A stretch of 32,000 bases of DNA. Source: Candidatus Kuenenia stuttgartensis (GTDB taxonomy: Bacteria > Planctomycetota > Brocadiia > Brocadiales > Brocadiaceae). The notes below the pieces were generated by a model, which was not told the DNA's origin, did not search any database, and saw only the letters and a program-made list of their open reading frames with translations. The first letter of the stretch is position 1. Each line of letters starts with the position of its first letter. Below are positions 16,792-25,566 of the stretch, piece after piece. The stretch lies in assembly GCF_900232105.1 (NCBI RefSeq), contig NZ_LT934425.1, positions 600,001 through 632,000 of the forward strand. The letters run 5' to 3'. The translations under genes and the position numbers were made by a program.

Positions 16792-16938
16792 AAAAAATAT
16801 GAAATACGAAACAAATCCGAATAACAAAGCATAAAATTCAAAACATACAACAATATGAAACATGAAATACGAGATACGAAAAAGGCTTGTTTAGAATTTC
16901 AAATCATTTAGTCATTAGAATTTGTTTCGTGTTTCATC
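16792..16938. repeat. two 'A-core' repeat copies in opposite orientation
   Basis: 16792-16855 is aaaaaatatgaaatacgaaacaaatccgaataacaaagcataaaattcaaaacatacaac (+). 16886-16938 is cttgtttagaatttcaaatcatttagtcattagaatttgtttcgtgtttcatc, the reverse complement of the copy at 10278-10329. Confidence 0.75.
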
Positions 16939-16954
16939 ATTATCGTATTTCACC

Positions 16955-17003
16955 ATTAAATATTCTGCCAAAAAAATGCAAATAAATTACTGCTAAGGTA
17001 ATA
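16955..17003 (+). repeat. intergenic repeat 'B-box' copy
   Basis: attaaatattctgccaaaaaaatgcaaataaattactgctaaggtaatac. The stop of the flhG reading frame (16993-16995) lies inside it. Confidence 0.75.
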
Positions 17004-17880
17004 CATTGTCACAATGGTTATCCGTCAAATGCTGCACATTCGTAATTCTTCTGAAGTAATCTCCAACGCCAAGTGATTTGTTTGAATCACTATTCTTTAA
17101 AAGCGTGCAACCAATTTATTTAAGGCAACTGGTTGCTTTTGTGTTAGGATAAAGAGCCGTAAAGGGTTTTTGCATACGCGTTGCAATGGAAACATTTTGA
17201 TCGTGAAGCATATAGCCGACGTATTCCAGTTTTACATCGAGAAACCTTTGCGATACCAGTGCTATTTTTTTCACCGTGGAATCGGCTTCATCCTTGCTAT
17301 CCGAATTATTTATAAACAACTTATCGTTGTATTTTTTCTTTTTCTCGAAAGAACCTTTATCATAGCATATGCATCTGTTATCGCCGTTGGCTCAGGTGTT
17401 GTAATAAGTAATATTTCATTTGACGCTAATACAAAATTCAATAAATCAGATGAAATACCGGCGCCTGTATCAACAATCACAATGTCCACTTCTTCATCTA
17501 ATCCACTGAAGCTTTTATATAATGTTCTTTCTGGTTTGCATTCAGATTCGCCATATCTTCAATGCCGGAGCTGGCGGGTACGATTTTTATCCCTTCAGGC
17601 CCTTCTACAATTATCTCTTTTACTTCTTTCCGTCCTTCAATGACGTCCTGCAAGGTATATTCTGGATGTATTCCCAATAAAATATCGATATTGGCAAGGC
17701 CCAGGTCAAGATCTATCAGCAAAACCTTTTTTTGTATTTCCTCATAATTATCGCAATGTTTGGGGCGATGTTTGTTTTCCCAACGCCGCCCTTGCCGTCG
17801 TAATCGCTATAGTTCTTACGGCAGAAAGGCCTGCCGCCGTATTTTGTTTATCACGTTGTGCAATGCCTCCACGGGTAAAA
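16993..17880 (-). pseudogene. flhG: MinD-type ATPase FlhG (YlxH/FleN), multiply frameshifted
   Basis: Fragments are RTIAIT..GKGGVGKTNI (deviant Walker A, read across a shift), ORF 17498..17722 (LLIDLDLGLANIDILLGIHPEYTLQDVIEGRKEVKEIIVEGPEGIKIVPASSGIEDMANL) and ORF 17116..17319 (FINNSDSKDEADSTVKKIALVSQRFLDVKLEYVGYMLHDQNVSIATRMQKPF). A shifted C-terminal tail reads SLGVGDYFRRI. Both ends are approximate. Confidence 0.75.
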
Positions 17881-17920
17881 CGTATTTACTGCTACAAATA
17901 AAAAATAGTTTTCACATTTA

Positions 17921-18069
17921 TAAAAAATACGAAGCACGAAACACATTCCAAAATCCTCCTCCCTGCACCCCCGCTGACGGGGGTGCAGGTGAGATTCATA
18001 TTTAGCATTTCGGATTTCAGCAGTAAATATTTTGCCAATAAATGTACAGAAATTACTGCTAATGTACTA
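17921..18069 (+). repeat. uninterrupted composite intergenic repeat (A-core + GC hairpin + B-box)
   Basis: aaaaaatacgaagcacgaaacacattccaaaatcc, then the hairpin ctgcacccccg-ctga-cgggggtgcag (17964-17989), then gagattcatatttagcatttcggatttcagcagtaaatattttgccaataaatgtacagaaattactgctaatgtacta. This is the same architecture as the two halves flanking the IS at 4141-4232 and 6661-6777. Confidence 0.8.
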
Positions 18070-20133
18070 AAGCTTCACAACCCCTACCGAATCAATCATT
18101 ACGCCGGGAGAAATTTCCTTATACGACATACTGCCAACTGCGGCAGCGCATTTTTCATAAGCCGGCGAACATGGCTTCTCACGGATGATGAAGTTAACAA
18201 GACAACCTCATAGCCGGAAGTAAGTGAACCTCTTACTATTTCTGCTAATTTATCAATTACTTTATGTGCCATATTCGGGTCCAGTGCCAGCAGATTTCCC
18301 TTTTCTGCTTATGAATTGCGTTTGCTATGGTTTGTTCCAGATGGGGGTCGAAAGAGATCACACCTATCTTGCCTTCGGTATTCTGATATCTTTTACATAT
18401 TGTCCTGGAGAGTCTTTGCCTTACGTATTCGGTCAATTGTTCATATCCTTTGTTGCCGGAGCGTAATCAGCTATTGTTTCAAGAATGGATGAAAGATCCC
18501 GGATAGGCACTTTTCCTTTAAAAGATTTTTAAGAATCTCCTGGATACTGCCAAGGAAATTATATTTGGCGCTAGCTCTTCCACAATAGTCGGATAATCCT
18601 TCTTCACCTTTCTAATAGTTTTTGTACGCTTCACGACAAAGGATCTCGTATGCATGTGTTTTTATAATCGGTTAAATGTGTTATCATCACGGATGCGGGA
18701 TCAACTACCGTATATCCCAAAGCTTCGGCGTCTTCCTTTACCGCATCGGTAATCCAAAGGGCGGGAAGCCGTATGCAGGGTCTAATGTTTCTATGCCATT
18801 CACTTTCTGGGTAACTGCTCCGGAGTCTATTGCAAGATAACTGCCCGTCAGCAATTCTCCGTGTGCCATTTTCTGTCCTCTTATTTTTACCACGTACTTA
18901 TTGTCTCCAGTTGCAAATTATCCCTTACCCTGATAGGCGGAACGATCATCCCCAATCTTTTGCAATTTGCATACGCAAGGTATTTATTCTCTCAAGAATA
19001 CCGCCATTTTATTCGGATCAACCAGCGGTACCAGTTTATAGCCGACTTCAAGCTCCATCCGGTCAACACGCAACATGCCTTCAACATCTCTCCTCTTTCG
19101 GTTCCCGCGCCATGCCTTCAGTCTCTTTTACAAGCGCTTCCGCCAGTTCTGTCTCCTTAGAAGACCTTCTGAGAACAAAGAACATCATCCAGAAGAAGCC
19201 GGCAAGAACCAAAAACGGTATTTTTGGTAATCCCGGTACAATGCTAAACAGCGTAAGAATTCCTCCCGCAAAAGCAATGGCATTAGGTTGGCTAAATAAC
19301 TGTCCGTAACATCCGTTCCCAGATTCCACCGGTGGCGGAAGTCTTGGTGACAATGACCGCAGACGCCGTGGCAATAATAAATGAAGGAATTTGGGAGACA
19401 AGGCCATCCCCAACTGTCAAAAGAGTATAATGCTGCATTGCCTCGGAAACAGACATTCCACTCCGCAACCCATAACAATGCCGCCAATAATGTTTATGAG
19501 TACAATTATTATGCCGGCAACCGCATCGCCACTGACAAATTTGCCGGCGCCATCCATTGCACCATAAAACTCTGCTTCCCTGGAAAGCTTTTCCCTTCGT
19601 TCACGTGCCTCTTTTTCTGTGATGAGTCCCGCATTTAAGTCCGCATCAATACTCATCTGCTTCCCTGGCATTGCATCAAGAGTAAACCTTGCAGCCACTT
19701 CCCCGATTCTCGTTGCGCCTTTTGTTAGACAATAAACTGTATTACAACTATAATTAAGAAAACAACCAACCCCACAAGCAATTGCCGCCGACAACAAAAT
19801 CTCCAAATGCGCCAATCACCTTTCCACCGTAACCCTGCAATAATATCTGCCGGGTAGAAGCCACGTTGAGCGCCAGGCGAAAAAGCGTCATAAACAGCAA
19901 TATAGAAGGAAAGACGATAAATCTAATGCTCCTTTTATATGAAAGAAAACCAGCAGCAACAAAAGAACCAATGAGATATTTGTCCGAACAAGCAAATCAA
20001 TAATAAAAGGCGGCACAGGTATAATAAGCACGATAAAAATACTTATCACACCAATAATTAACGCCATATCTCCTTTAAAAAGATATTTAAAAAAGGCATT
20101 TTTCCCTTGAGAATTTAATTTATCTGCTGCCAT
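18067..20133 (-). pseudogene. flhA: flagellar export gate protein FlhA, heavily frameshifted
   Basis: The full-length footprint (about 2.07 kb) is recognisable. The N-terminal ORF is 19888..20133, and ORF 19417..19815 contains [69 protein letters not shown]. Shifted pieces read [28 protein letters not shown], and the C-terminal end reads SYKEISPGVMIDSVGVVKL*. No minus-strand ORF of 60 aa or more exists between 18067 and 19080. Confidence 0.9.
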
Positions 20134-20208
20134 GATTTATATTGTCACTTTTCATTAAAAAAATATTTTAGAATTTTCATCACTATTGCCTCTGTCTGTT
20201 TTCTCCAT

Positions 20209-21248
20209 TTACTTCTTTAATCCGTACACATAAGACAATACCTTTGCAACTGCATAGTACAATTTTTGCGGTATTTCTTTGCCTACGTCCACTGTTTTGT
20301 ACAATGTCCTTGCAAGCGACCGTTCTTCAACAATGGGAATTTTATTTATTTTTGCAATTTCTTTTATTTTCAGGGCAATATAATCCGCTCCCTTTGCAAC
20401 AACTTTGGGCGCATGCATTGATTTACGGTCGTATTTCAATGCTACGGCGTAATGCGTTGGATTCGTTACGACAACATCGCTTTTTGGATCGCGGAAGCCA
20501 TACGTTTCAACGCCATCTGAATCTGCGCAGACCTGATTTTTGACTTTATTACCGGATCACCCTCCGCTTGCTTCCTTTCATCCTTCACCCTTTTTTAGAC
20601 ATTTTCATGCCGCGTTTGTATTGCCATTTTTGATAGATATAATCTACCATTGCCAGGATCACGAGCGCTATCGATACACGCATTACCAGTCCGAATGTCA
20701 GTTCGTGGTAAGAATAAAAAAATTGCAATGCCTATGTCTATCAGGTTATCCAGTTTGGCAAGCTCTTTTGATGTAAAGGATGCCGATACCGCCAATTAAC
20801 AGAAGCTTTACAACGGAAAATAAAAGTTTTACAAAGGATTGAACATTAAAGAGTTTTTTACGCCGCTTATCACATTGAGTTTGTTTAAGTCAGGCTTTAA
20901 CGGCTAAGGTAAACAAGAGACCGGTCTGCATATATGAAACGATCAATCCGACAATCAATAATCTCCCCAGGATAGGGAGCAAAATTTTCGCGCTTACATA
21001 GATGTAATAAATAATCTTTTCTACAATAATGTCCGGGGTAATATCCTTCTGTGATAAGTTCTGAAGGGTAAAAACGGTTATCTCTTTCATACCCGCATAC
21101 ATAATATACCCAATGCATATAACAGTAAAAAACCTACCAGGATAGCAATCGCACTGCTTAGGTCGGGACTTTGGGCTACGCTTCCTTTTTGGCGCGCCTC
21201 GCTTATACGTTTGCGCGTGGGTTGTTCAGTCTTTTCCGTATCAGCCAT
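20209..21248 (-). pseudogene. flhB: flagellar export switch protein FlhB, frameshifted
   Basis: From the ATG at 21248 it reads MADTEKTEQPTRKRISEARQKGSVAQSPDLSSAIAILVGFLLLYALG. Pieces in other frames follow (KPDLNKLNVISGVK / KLFNVQSFVKLLFSVVKLLLIGG). The NPTH autocleavage motif is intact ([18 protein letters not shown]), and the C-terminal ORF is 20209..20439. Confidence 0.85.
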
Positions 21249-21254
21249 TTTCCC

Positions 21255-22038
21255 TCACATTGCCGATAGCAACGACATCAATCCCTTTTCAAAACCAAAG
21301 ATATACATCCTCATTGCGCCAATCATGAGTGGAAACGAGACAAAAACCACAATGAAGCCGATTATTATTTTTATTGGGTATGCAATAACAAATATATTAA
21401 TTTCCTTCGCACACTCGCCATCAACGCCATTGCAACGACCGACAACATCAAGACAACAAAGGCGGGATGGAATTTTAATCCCTATTACGAAAAGCGTTCT
21501 AAAGAGACTGAGTATTTTTGTTAGTATTGCCGTTGTATAATCAAAGCTGCAATGGGTACAGCATGGAAGCTTTGCGCAATTGCATTTATAAAATAGTGGT
21601 GGCCATCAATTGCCAGCAATAGCAATATGGCTATCAAATTGTAAAATACGGAAACGGTTGGCTTTCATCTCCGCTCAGGGATGAAGGGTCGGCGATAACC
21701 GCCATATCCAGTCCCATTTGGTTACTTAACAAATACCCGGCCATACTAAACGCAGCAAACAGTATTGACGCTGCAAATCCAACAATAGCGCCAATAGCAA
21801 TCTCTTTTACAACAATTAAACCAAAGGGGATAAGCTCTGAAGGCAATTCATGCAGATTTTTATCCAGATTGGGATAAAGAATAAATGCCAGTATCAGGGC
21901 AATAGCAATACGCAGGAGCATTGGTATATGGGTATTGCTAAAGACCGGGGCGAAAAGGAGTATCCCGCCTACACGAAAAAACACCAGCATTAAAAAGGGC
22001 AGGTCGTTAATGAAATCGAACAAAATTTCCATAAGCAC
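21255..22038 (-). pseudogene. fliR: flagellar export gate protein FliR, frameshifted in the 3' half
   Basis: ORF 21634..22038 is a good FliR N-terminal half (FLMLVFFRVGGILLFAPVFSN..IPMLLRIAIALILAFIL). The remainder is readable only across shifts (LLLAIDGHHYFINAIAQSFHAVP... / NIFVIAYPIKIIIGFIVVFVSFPLMIGAMRMYIFGFEKGLMSLLSAM*). Confidence 0.8.
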
Positions 22039-22043
22039 CTAAC

Positions 22044-22175
22044 CTGGCCTAGCCAGAACCAAACAAGCGCGAAAATAGTCCTCAGTCCTCAATCTGCAAT
22101 TTGCCGATTGCCGACTGCGGAAGGGGTCATTAAATATTTTGCCAAAAAATGTAAAGAATTACTGATAAGGACTAC
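22044..22175 (+). repeat. composite intergenic repeat (A-left + D(reverse) + B-box) between fliR and fliQ
   Basis: cctggcctagccagaaccaaacaagcgcgaaaa (A), tctgcaatttgccgattgccgactgcg (D, 22093-22119) and cattaaatattttgccaaaaaatgtaaagaattactgataagg (B, 22129-22172). The fliQ stop at 22159 lies inside the B-box. Confidence 0.8.
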
Positions 22176-22437
22176 TTACTGTATTTTGCCAGTCACCCAA
22201 CAGGTTTACCGTGTATGACGTCATAATCCGCAGCATCCACGGCAAACAAAATAAGAACATCCCCAAAACGGCAAACACTTTCGGCAGAAACGTCAGTGTT
22301 TGTTCATGAATACTCGAAACAGCCTGGAATATACCGATAGCTAGTCCAACTATCATTGCAACCCCAAGCAGGGGCGCCATCATAAGAAAGGTAGTTTGCA
22401 AAAAACTTTTCCAATAGTGGTATTACTTCCGGATCAT
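22159..22437 (-). pseudogene. fliQ: flagellar export gate protein FliQ, frameshifted near the 5' end
   Basis: ORF 22159..22401 holds the conserved core (APLLGVAMIVGLAIGIFQAVSSIHEQTLTFLPKVFAVLGMFLFCLPWM). The expected N-terminus (M.PEVIPLLEKFF) starts at the ATG at 22437 but is out of frame around a T-run. Confidence 0.7.
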
Positions 22438-22462
22438 ATCATATCCTTCAATATATAATTCC

Positions 22463-22584
22463 TAAGCCGGCATAGCCAGAACCAAACAAGCACGAGATAA
22501 AAAATACGAAGCACAAAATAATAAACAAATTCAAAAACACAAAATCCCAATGAAAAAAACCGTAACACTTTAGCATTTTAGCAT
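22463..22584 (+). repeat. intergenic repeat 'A', full-length copy
   Basis: taagccggcatagccagaaccaaacaagcacgagataaaaaatacgaagcacaaaataataaacaaattcaaaaacacaaaatcccaatgaaaaaaaccgta... aligns along about 105 nt with 24759-24872. Confidence 0.85.
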
Positions 22585-22724
22585 GGGTGCATTCCCGATT
22601 ATTTGAAGCGTTCATGGAGTCGGGGCAAAACAACCCTGACAGGTTTGAAACCCTGTCAGGGTTAACACTACTGCAACTTTCATTAAAACATGGCGGAAAT
22701 CACAAAAAATCGGGAATACACCCC
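22585..22724. mobile_element. MITE copy 2 (about 140 bp), same TIRs as copy 1 but different cargo, nested in an A repeat
   Basis: The left end is gggtgcattcccgatt (22585-), and the right end is aaaaaatcgggaatacaccc (22704-22723, plus one extra c). The 8-mer tttagcat flanks it at 22577-22584 and 22725-22732. The cargo is a single hairpin, aaccctgacagg...cctgtcagggtt. Confidence 0.7.
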
Positions 22725-22754
22725 TTTAGCATTTTGAAAAACGTATTCCCTATA

Positions 22755-22915
22755 AGCTCCGTAGGAGCAACCTGTTGTAGCAAGATAAGATGCCATAACA
22801 GATATTAGCTCCGTCAGGAGCGACCTGTTTCCCTGTCAATTCTATACAGGCCGCTCCTACGTAGCTATTTACCCTGTGAATTTTATTGTGCTACAAACAG
22901 ATCGCCACAACGGGG
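22755..22915. repeat. cluster of four ~25-nt units (two direct, two inverted)
   Basis: The units are agctccgtaggagcaacctgttgtagc (22755-22781), agctccgtcaggagcgacctgtttcc (22807-22832), the reverse-type ggccgctcctacgtagct (22849-22866) and gctacaaacagatcgccacaacgggg (22890-22915). Confidence 0.6.
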
Positions 22916-23041
22916 TTACATTGTTTTTAATGTCCCCCTAAATTTTCAAAGAACTAACGTGTTACAAAAAACCGGGTTTTGAATATTTGCCAGTTTGGAC
23001 ATGAACGCATTTACACCAAATTCATGACAAATGCTTCGCCC

Positions 23042-23834
23042 CTACGCTATACTTGTGATCAAAGACTGGATGATTAATTGCCAGCCACAACCAGAACAAA
23101 GAGAATTAATTTAAATGGCATTGAAATCATAACCGGCGGCAGCATAAACATACCATGGACGTTAATACGCAGGCGACCACCAGATCGATTACAAGAAAAG
23201 GCAGAAACAAAAGAAACCCCATCTGAAAAAAGTCTTCAGTTCACTGGTGACAAATGCAGGAATTAATATATGCATAGGAATGTCACTCGCTGAAAAGGGT
23301 TTCTCTACTTTTGCAATGTTTGAAAACAATGCAATATCTTTTTTCCGCGTCTGTTTCAGCATGAATTTACGAACAGGCTCAATCCCCTTTTCAAAGCCTC
23401 ATCCTGCGTAATTTCCTCTTTAATATACGGTTGTAATGCGTCTGAATTGATTGCGGTCCAAACGGGAGTCATAACAAAAAACGTTAAAAAGAGAGCTATG
23501 CCGATAAGAATTTGATTCGGAGGAAGTGTATGAAACGACAAAGCCTTTCTCACAAAAGACAAGACAATAATAATCCTGGTAAATGAAGTCATCGCCAGCA
23601 AAAGGCCGGGCAATAAAGTAAGCCCCTGTTAAAAAAAAGACTATCTTTAACACTCTGCCATTTCCTTTGGGTTTTTTACACTATCCAGGCTCATCGTTAG
23701 TTTCAGCGGAGAATCTGTCTCGCGGCAGCTCTGCAGTCCCTAAAAAACCCAGCAACGCCATTATTCCGCCAAAAATTAAAAAACCCGTCCATTTTTCAAA
23801 GTGTTTTCCCCGGAACAGCAATTCTATTTTCCAT
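23042..23834 (-). pseudogene. fliP: flagellar export gate protein FliP, frameshifted
   Basis: ORF 23356..23613 holds the FliP core (LLPGLLLAMTSFTRIIIVLSFVRKALSFHTLPPNQILIGIALFLTFFVMTPV). Downstream pieces lie in other frames (REFMLKQTRKKDIALF, IPAFVTSELKT, MISMPFKLILFVLV, WQLIIQSLITSIA*). The start is approximate. Confidence 0.8.
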
Positions 23835-24011
23835 GCCAGTGAGAGTCCAGTGAGAGTTAAATTAGGTTGGGTTTTAAAAGACAAAGACCCAACGGCATTC
23901 ATTTTTACCCACCCCTCAACCCCTCCCAAGAGGGGACTTATCAAATTCCCCTCTGGGAGGGGCAGGGTGGGCCTGTTCATTGGTTAACTAAAAATATTTA
24001 AATTCCTATAC

Positions 24012-24473
24012 TTAAGTTATTTTAAAAAACTTCGTATATTCACTGCCTCTGTCCTCTGTATCAATTGAATCAACAATCTCTTTTTCCGTAATTTCTGTAA
24101 GAGTTTGCATTTTTTCATTTGAAGCGCCTACAAGCAATAATTTCCCCGGTACTTAATGAAATAAATATGCCTCTTTGCGCCCAGTGAAGTGTTTCTATGA
24201 TTGAAATATAGCGCTTTTTTTTATGAATACCTGTTTTAATCCCAAGTTTCTTGCGTAAAAAACATCATGACGACAATGATAATAATTACAATGCCTAATG
24301 ATTTTATTACTTTTGTAACTTTGTGAAAATTAATCGGGGAGGTAACCCAATGCCTTCATCTTTTACGGCAACCTCTTCTTGTCCTTCTCCGGAATCAACG
24401 GCATCCCCGGCAGCGTAAGTGGTATTGCCTAAGAAAAACAATAAAAAAATACAATGAGTAAATGTCTGTTCAT
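24012..24473 (-). pseudogene. fliO: FliO/FliZ-like flagellar export protein, frameshifted
   Basis: From the ATG at 24473 it reads MNRHLLIVFF.. Shifted pieces include a TM segment (GIVIIIIVVMMFF) and LGAKRGIFLIKVPGKLLLVGASNEKMQTLTEITEKEIVDSI-like text. Its position between fliN and fliP fits FliO. Confidence 0.5.
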
Positions 24474-24518
24474 TAAATATTTTGACAAAAATTAAAAGAA
24501 ATTACTGATAAGGTACTA
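24472..24518 (+). repeat. intergenic repeat 'B-box' copy
   Basis: attaaatattttgacaaaaattaaaagaaattactgataaggtact. The fliO start codon (reverse complement of cat at 24471-24473) overlaps its edge. Confidence 0.75.
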
Positions 24519-24758
24519 TTACGTCACAAACATTCGCAAACAATATGCCTTAAGCCTATTTACCAATGTATCGCATTATTAACGGTGGTAAAAGAATGGA
24601 TAAGTGCATGCCTTAATAAGATAGCAACTTACGCTTTAAAAAAATAATCCATTTTACATAAATAATTCTATGTCATAAATATACATCACCATTACACCGG
24701 CGATTAAATCGTAGTTTTTTTCTACGTAAAGTAGTGTTTTTATACACATTTAAATGCA

Positions 24759-24872
24759 TAAGCCGGCATAGCCAGAACCAAACAGACATGAAACGAAAAA
24801 TACGAAATTCGAAACAATTCAAAAATACAAAATCCCAATGAAAAAAACCGTATTAGTTTAGTTTTTTGAAAA
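24759..24872 (+). repeat. intergenic repeat 'A', full-length copy
   Basis: taagccggcatagccagaaccaaacagacatgaaacgaaaaatacgaaattcgaaacaattcaaaaatacaaaatcccaatgaaaaaaaccgtattagtttagttttttgaaaa. Confidence 0.85.
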
Positions 24873-25201
24873 TACAGGGTGGATTAAAAACGAAGTGTAG
24901 GGTGGATTGGAAAGATGGACGATAGACGAGGGAAGACAACGAAAAGAGCGAGTATAAACGTTGTGGTTCAGGCTTCGTCGTGATCTCAGCCGAACGGTTA
25001 CAAACCTGAACCAACGGAGGAGGTTGAATTAAAGTCAATTTGTTTAGTCATTGGTCAATTGCAGGAACACGGTGTCCGCGTCACTACAAATTCTTTAACT
25101 GTGTAATCTGTGAAATCTGGTGGTCCCGCCTTTCGTATTTCATGGTTGTTTTATTTTTATAAATTGCAAAAGAATTTTCGTTATGATGCTGTAGTCATGT
25201 G

Positions 25202-25556
25202 CTAGCCAAGATTTCTCACTCTATCCTGTGGGCCACATATGCTGTAATTTTTAAACAAAACGTTCTTCCACTACTACCACCTCTCCTCTTGCCAATAATT
25301 TTCACGGACTAATAATTCAACCGGAGTGCAGCACTTTTTCAAGTTCAACAATTGAACCCTGAGACAAAGCAAGAATATCCTTAATAAGCATATTCGCGCG
25401 TCCCAATTCTACGGATACAGGGACAGTCACATCTAAAATTAAATCTAATATCGGCATGCTTCGCCGCCTTTTGACTATCCATTTCTTCCGGAATTAATTG
25501 GCTAAATTCTACAGATTCTATGGTGGGCTGTGCATCATCTTCTGCTCTGTACTCAT
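25202..25556 (-). pseudogene. fliN: flagellar C-ring protein FliN, frameshifted
   Basis: GAGGTG precedes the ATG at 25556. Pieces read EDDAQPTIESVEFSQLIPEE / LDLILDVTVPVSVELGRANMLIKDILALSQGSIVELEK / VVVVEERFGVKIT.I-like / RVRNLG*. Confidence 0.75.
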
Positions 25557-25566
25557 ATTCACCTCT

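Noticed and set aside
16405-16824. 139-aa plus-strand ORF
   Set aside because: It reads straight through the MITE hairpins (…QAGAWER…) and the right TIR. It is an artefact of repeat sequence, not a gene.
17170-17643. Plus-strand ORFs across the flagellar block (17170..17643, 18830..19309, 21211..21540, 26663..27112, 29163..29459, 31042..31467 and others)
   Set aside because: All are antisense to recognisable flagellar genes, have odd composition and lack an RBS. Their length reflects the codon bias of the opposite strand.
22129-22175. B-box as a sigma-70, sigma-28 or sigma-54 promoter
   Set aside because: TTGCCA/TTGACA is present, but no acceptable -10 hexamer lies at 16-18 nt. TAAA...CTGATAA spacing is about 27 nt, which is too long for sigma-28. 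There is no GG-N10-GC for sigma-54. In the flagellar locus the orientation would be antisense to the genes.
23681-23980. 99-aa ORF starting MNRPTLPLPEGNLISPLLGGVEGWV
   Set aside because: The first about 25 codons translate a GC-rich repeat (cccctcttgggaggggttgaggggtgggt). The remainder is better explained as the out-of-frame signal-peptide region of fliP.
16790-24872. CRISPR array
   Set aside because: The repeats are dispersed, in mixed orientation, of variable length and not regularly spaced. No cas genes are present.
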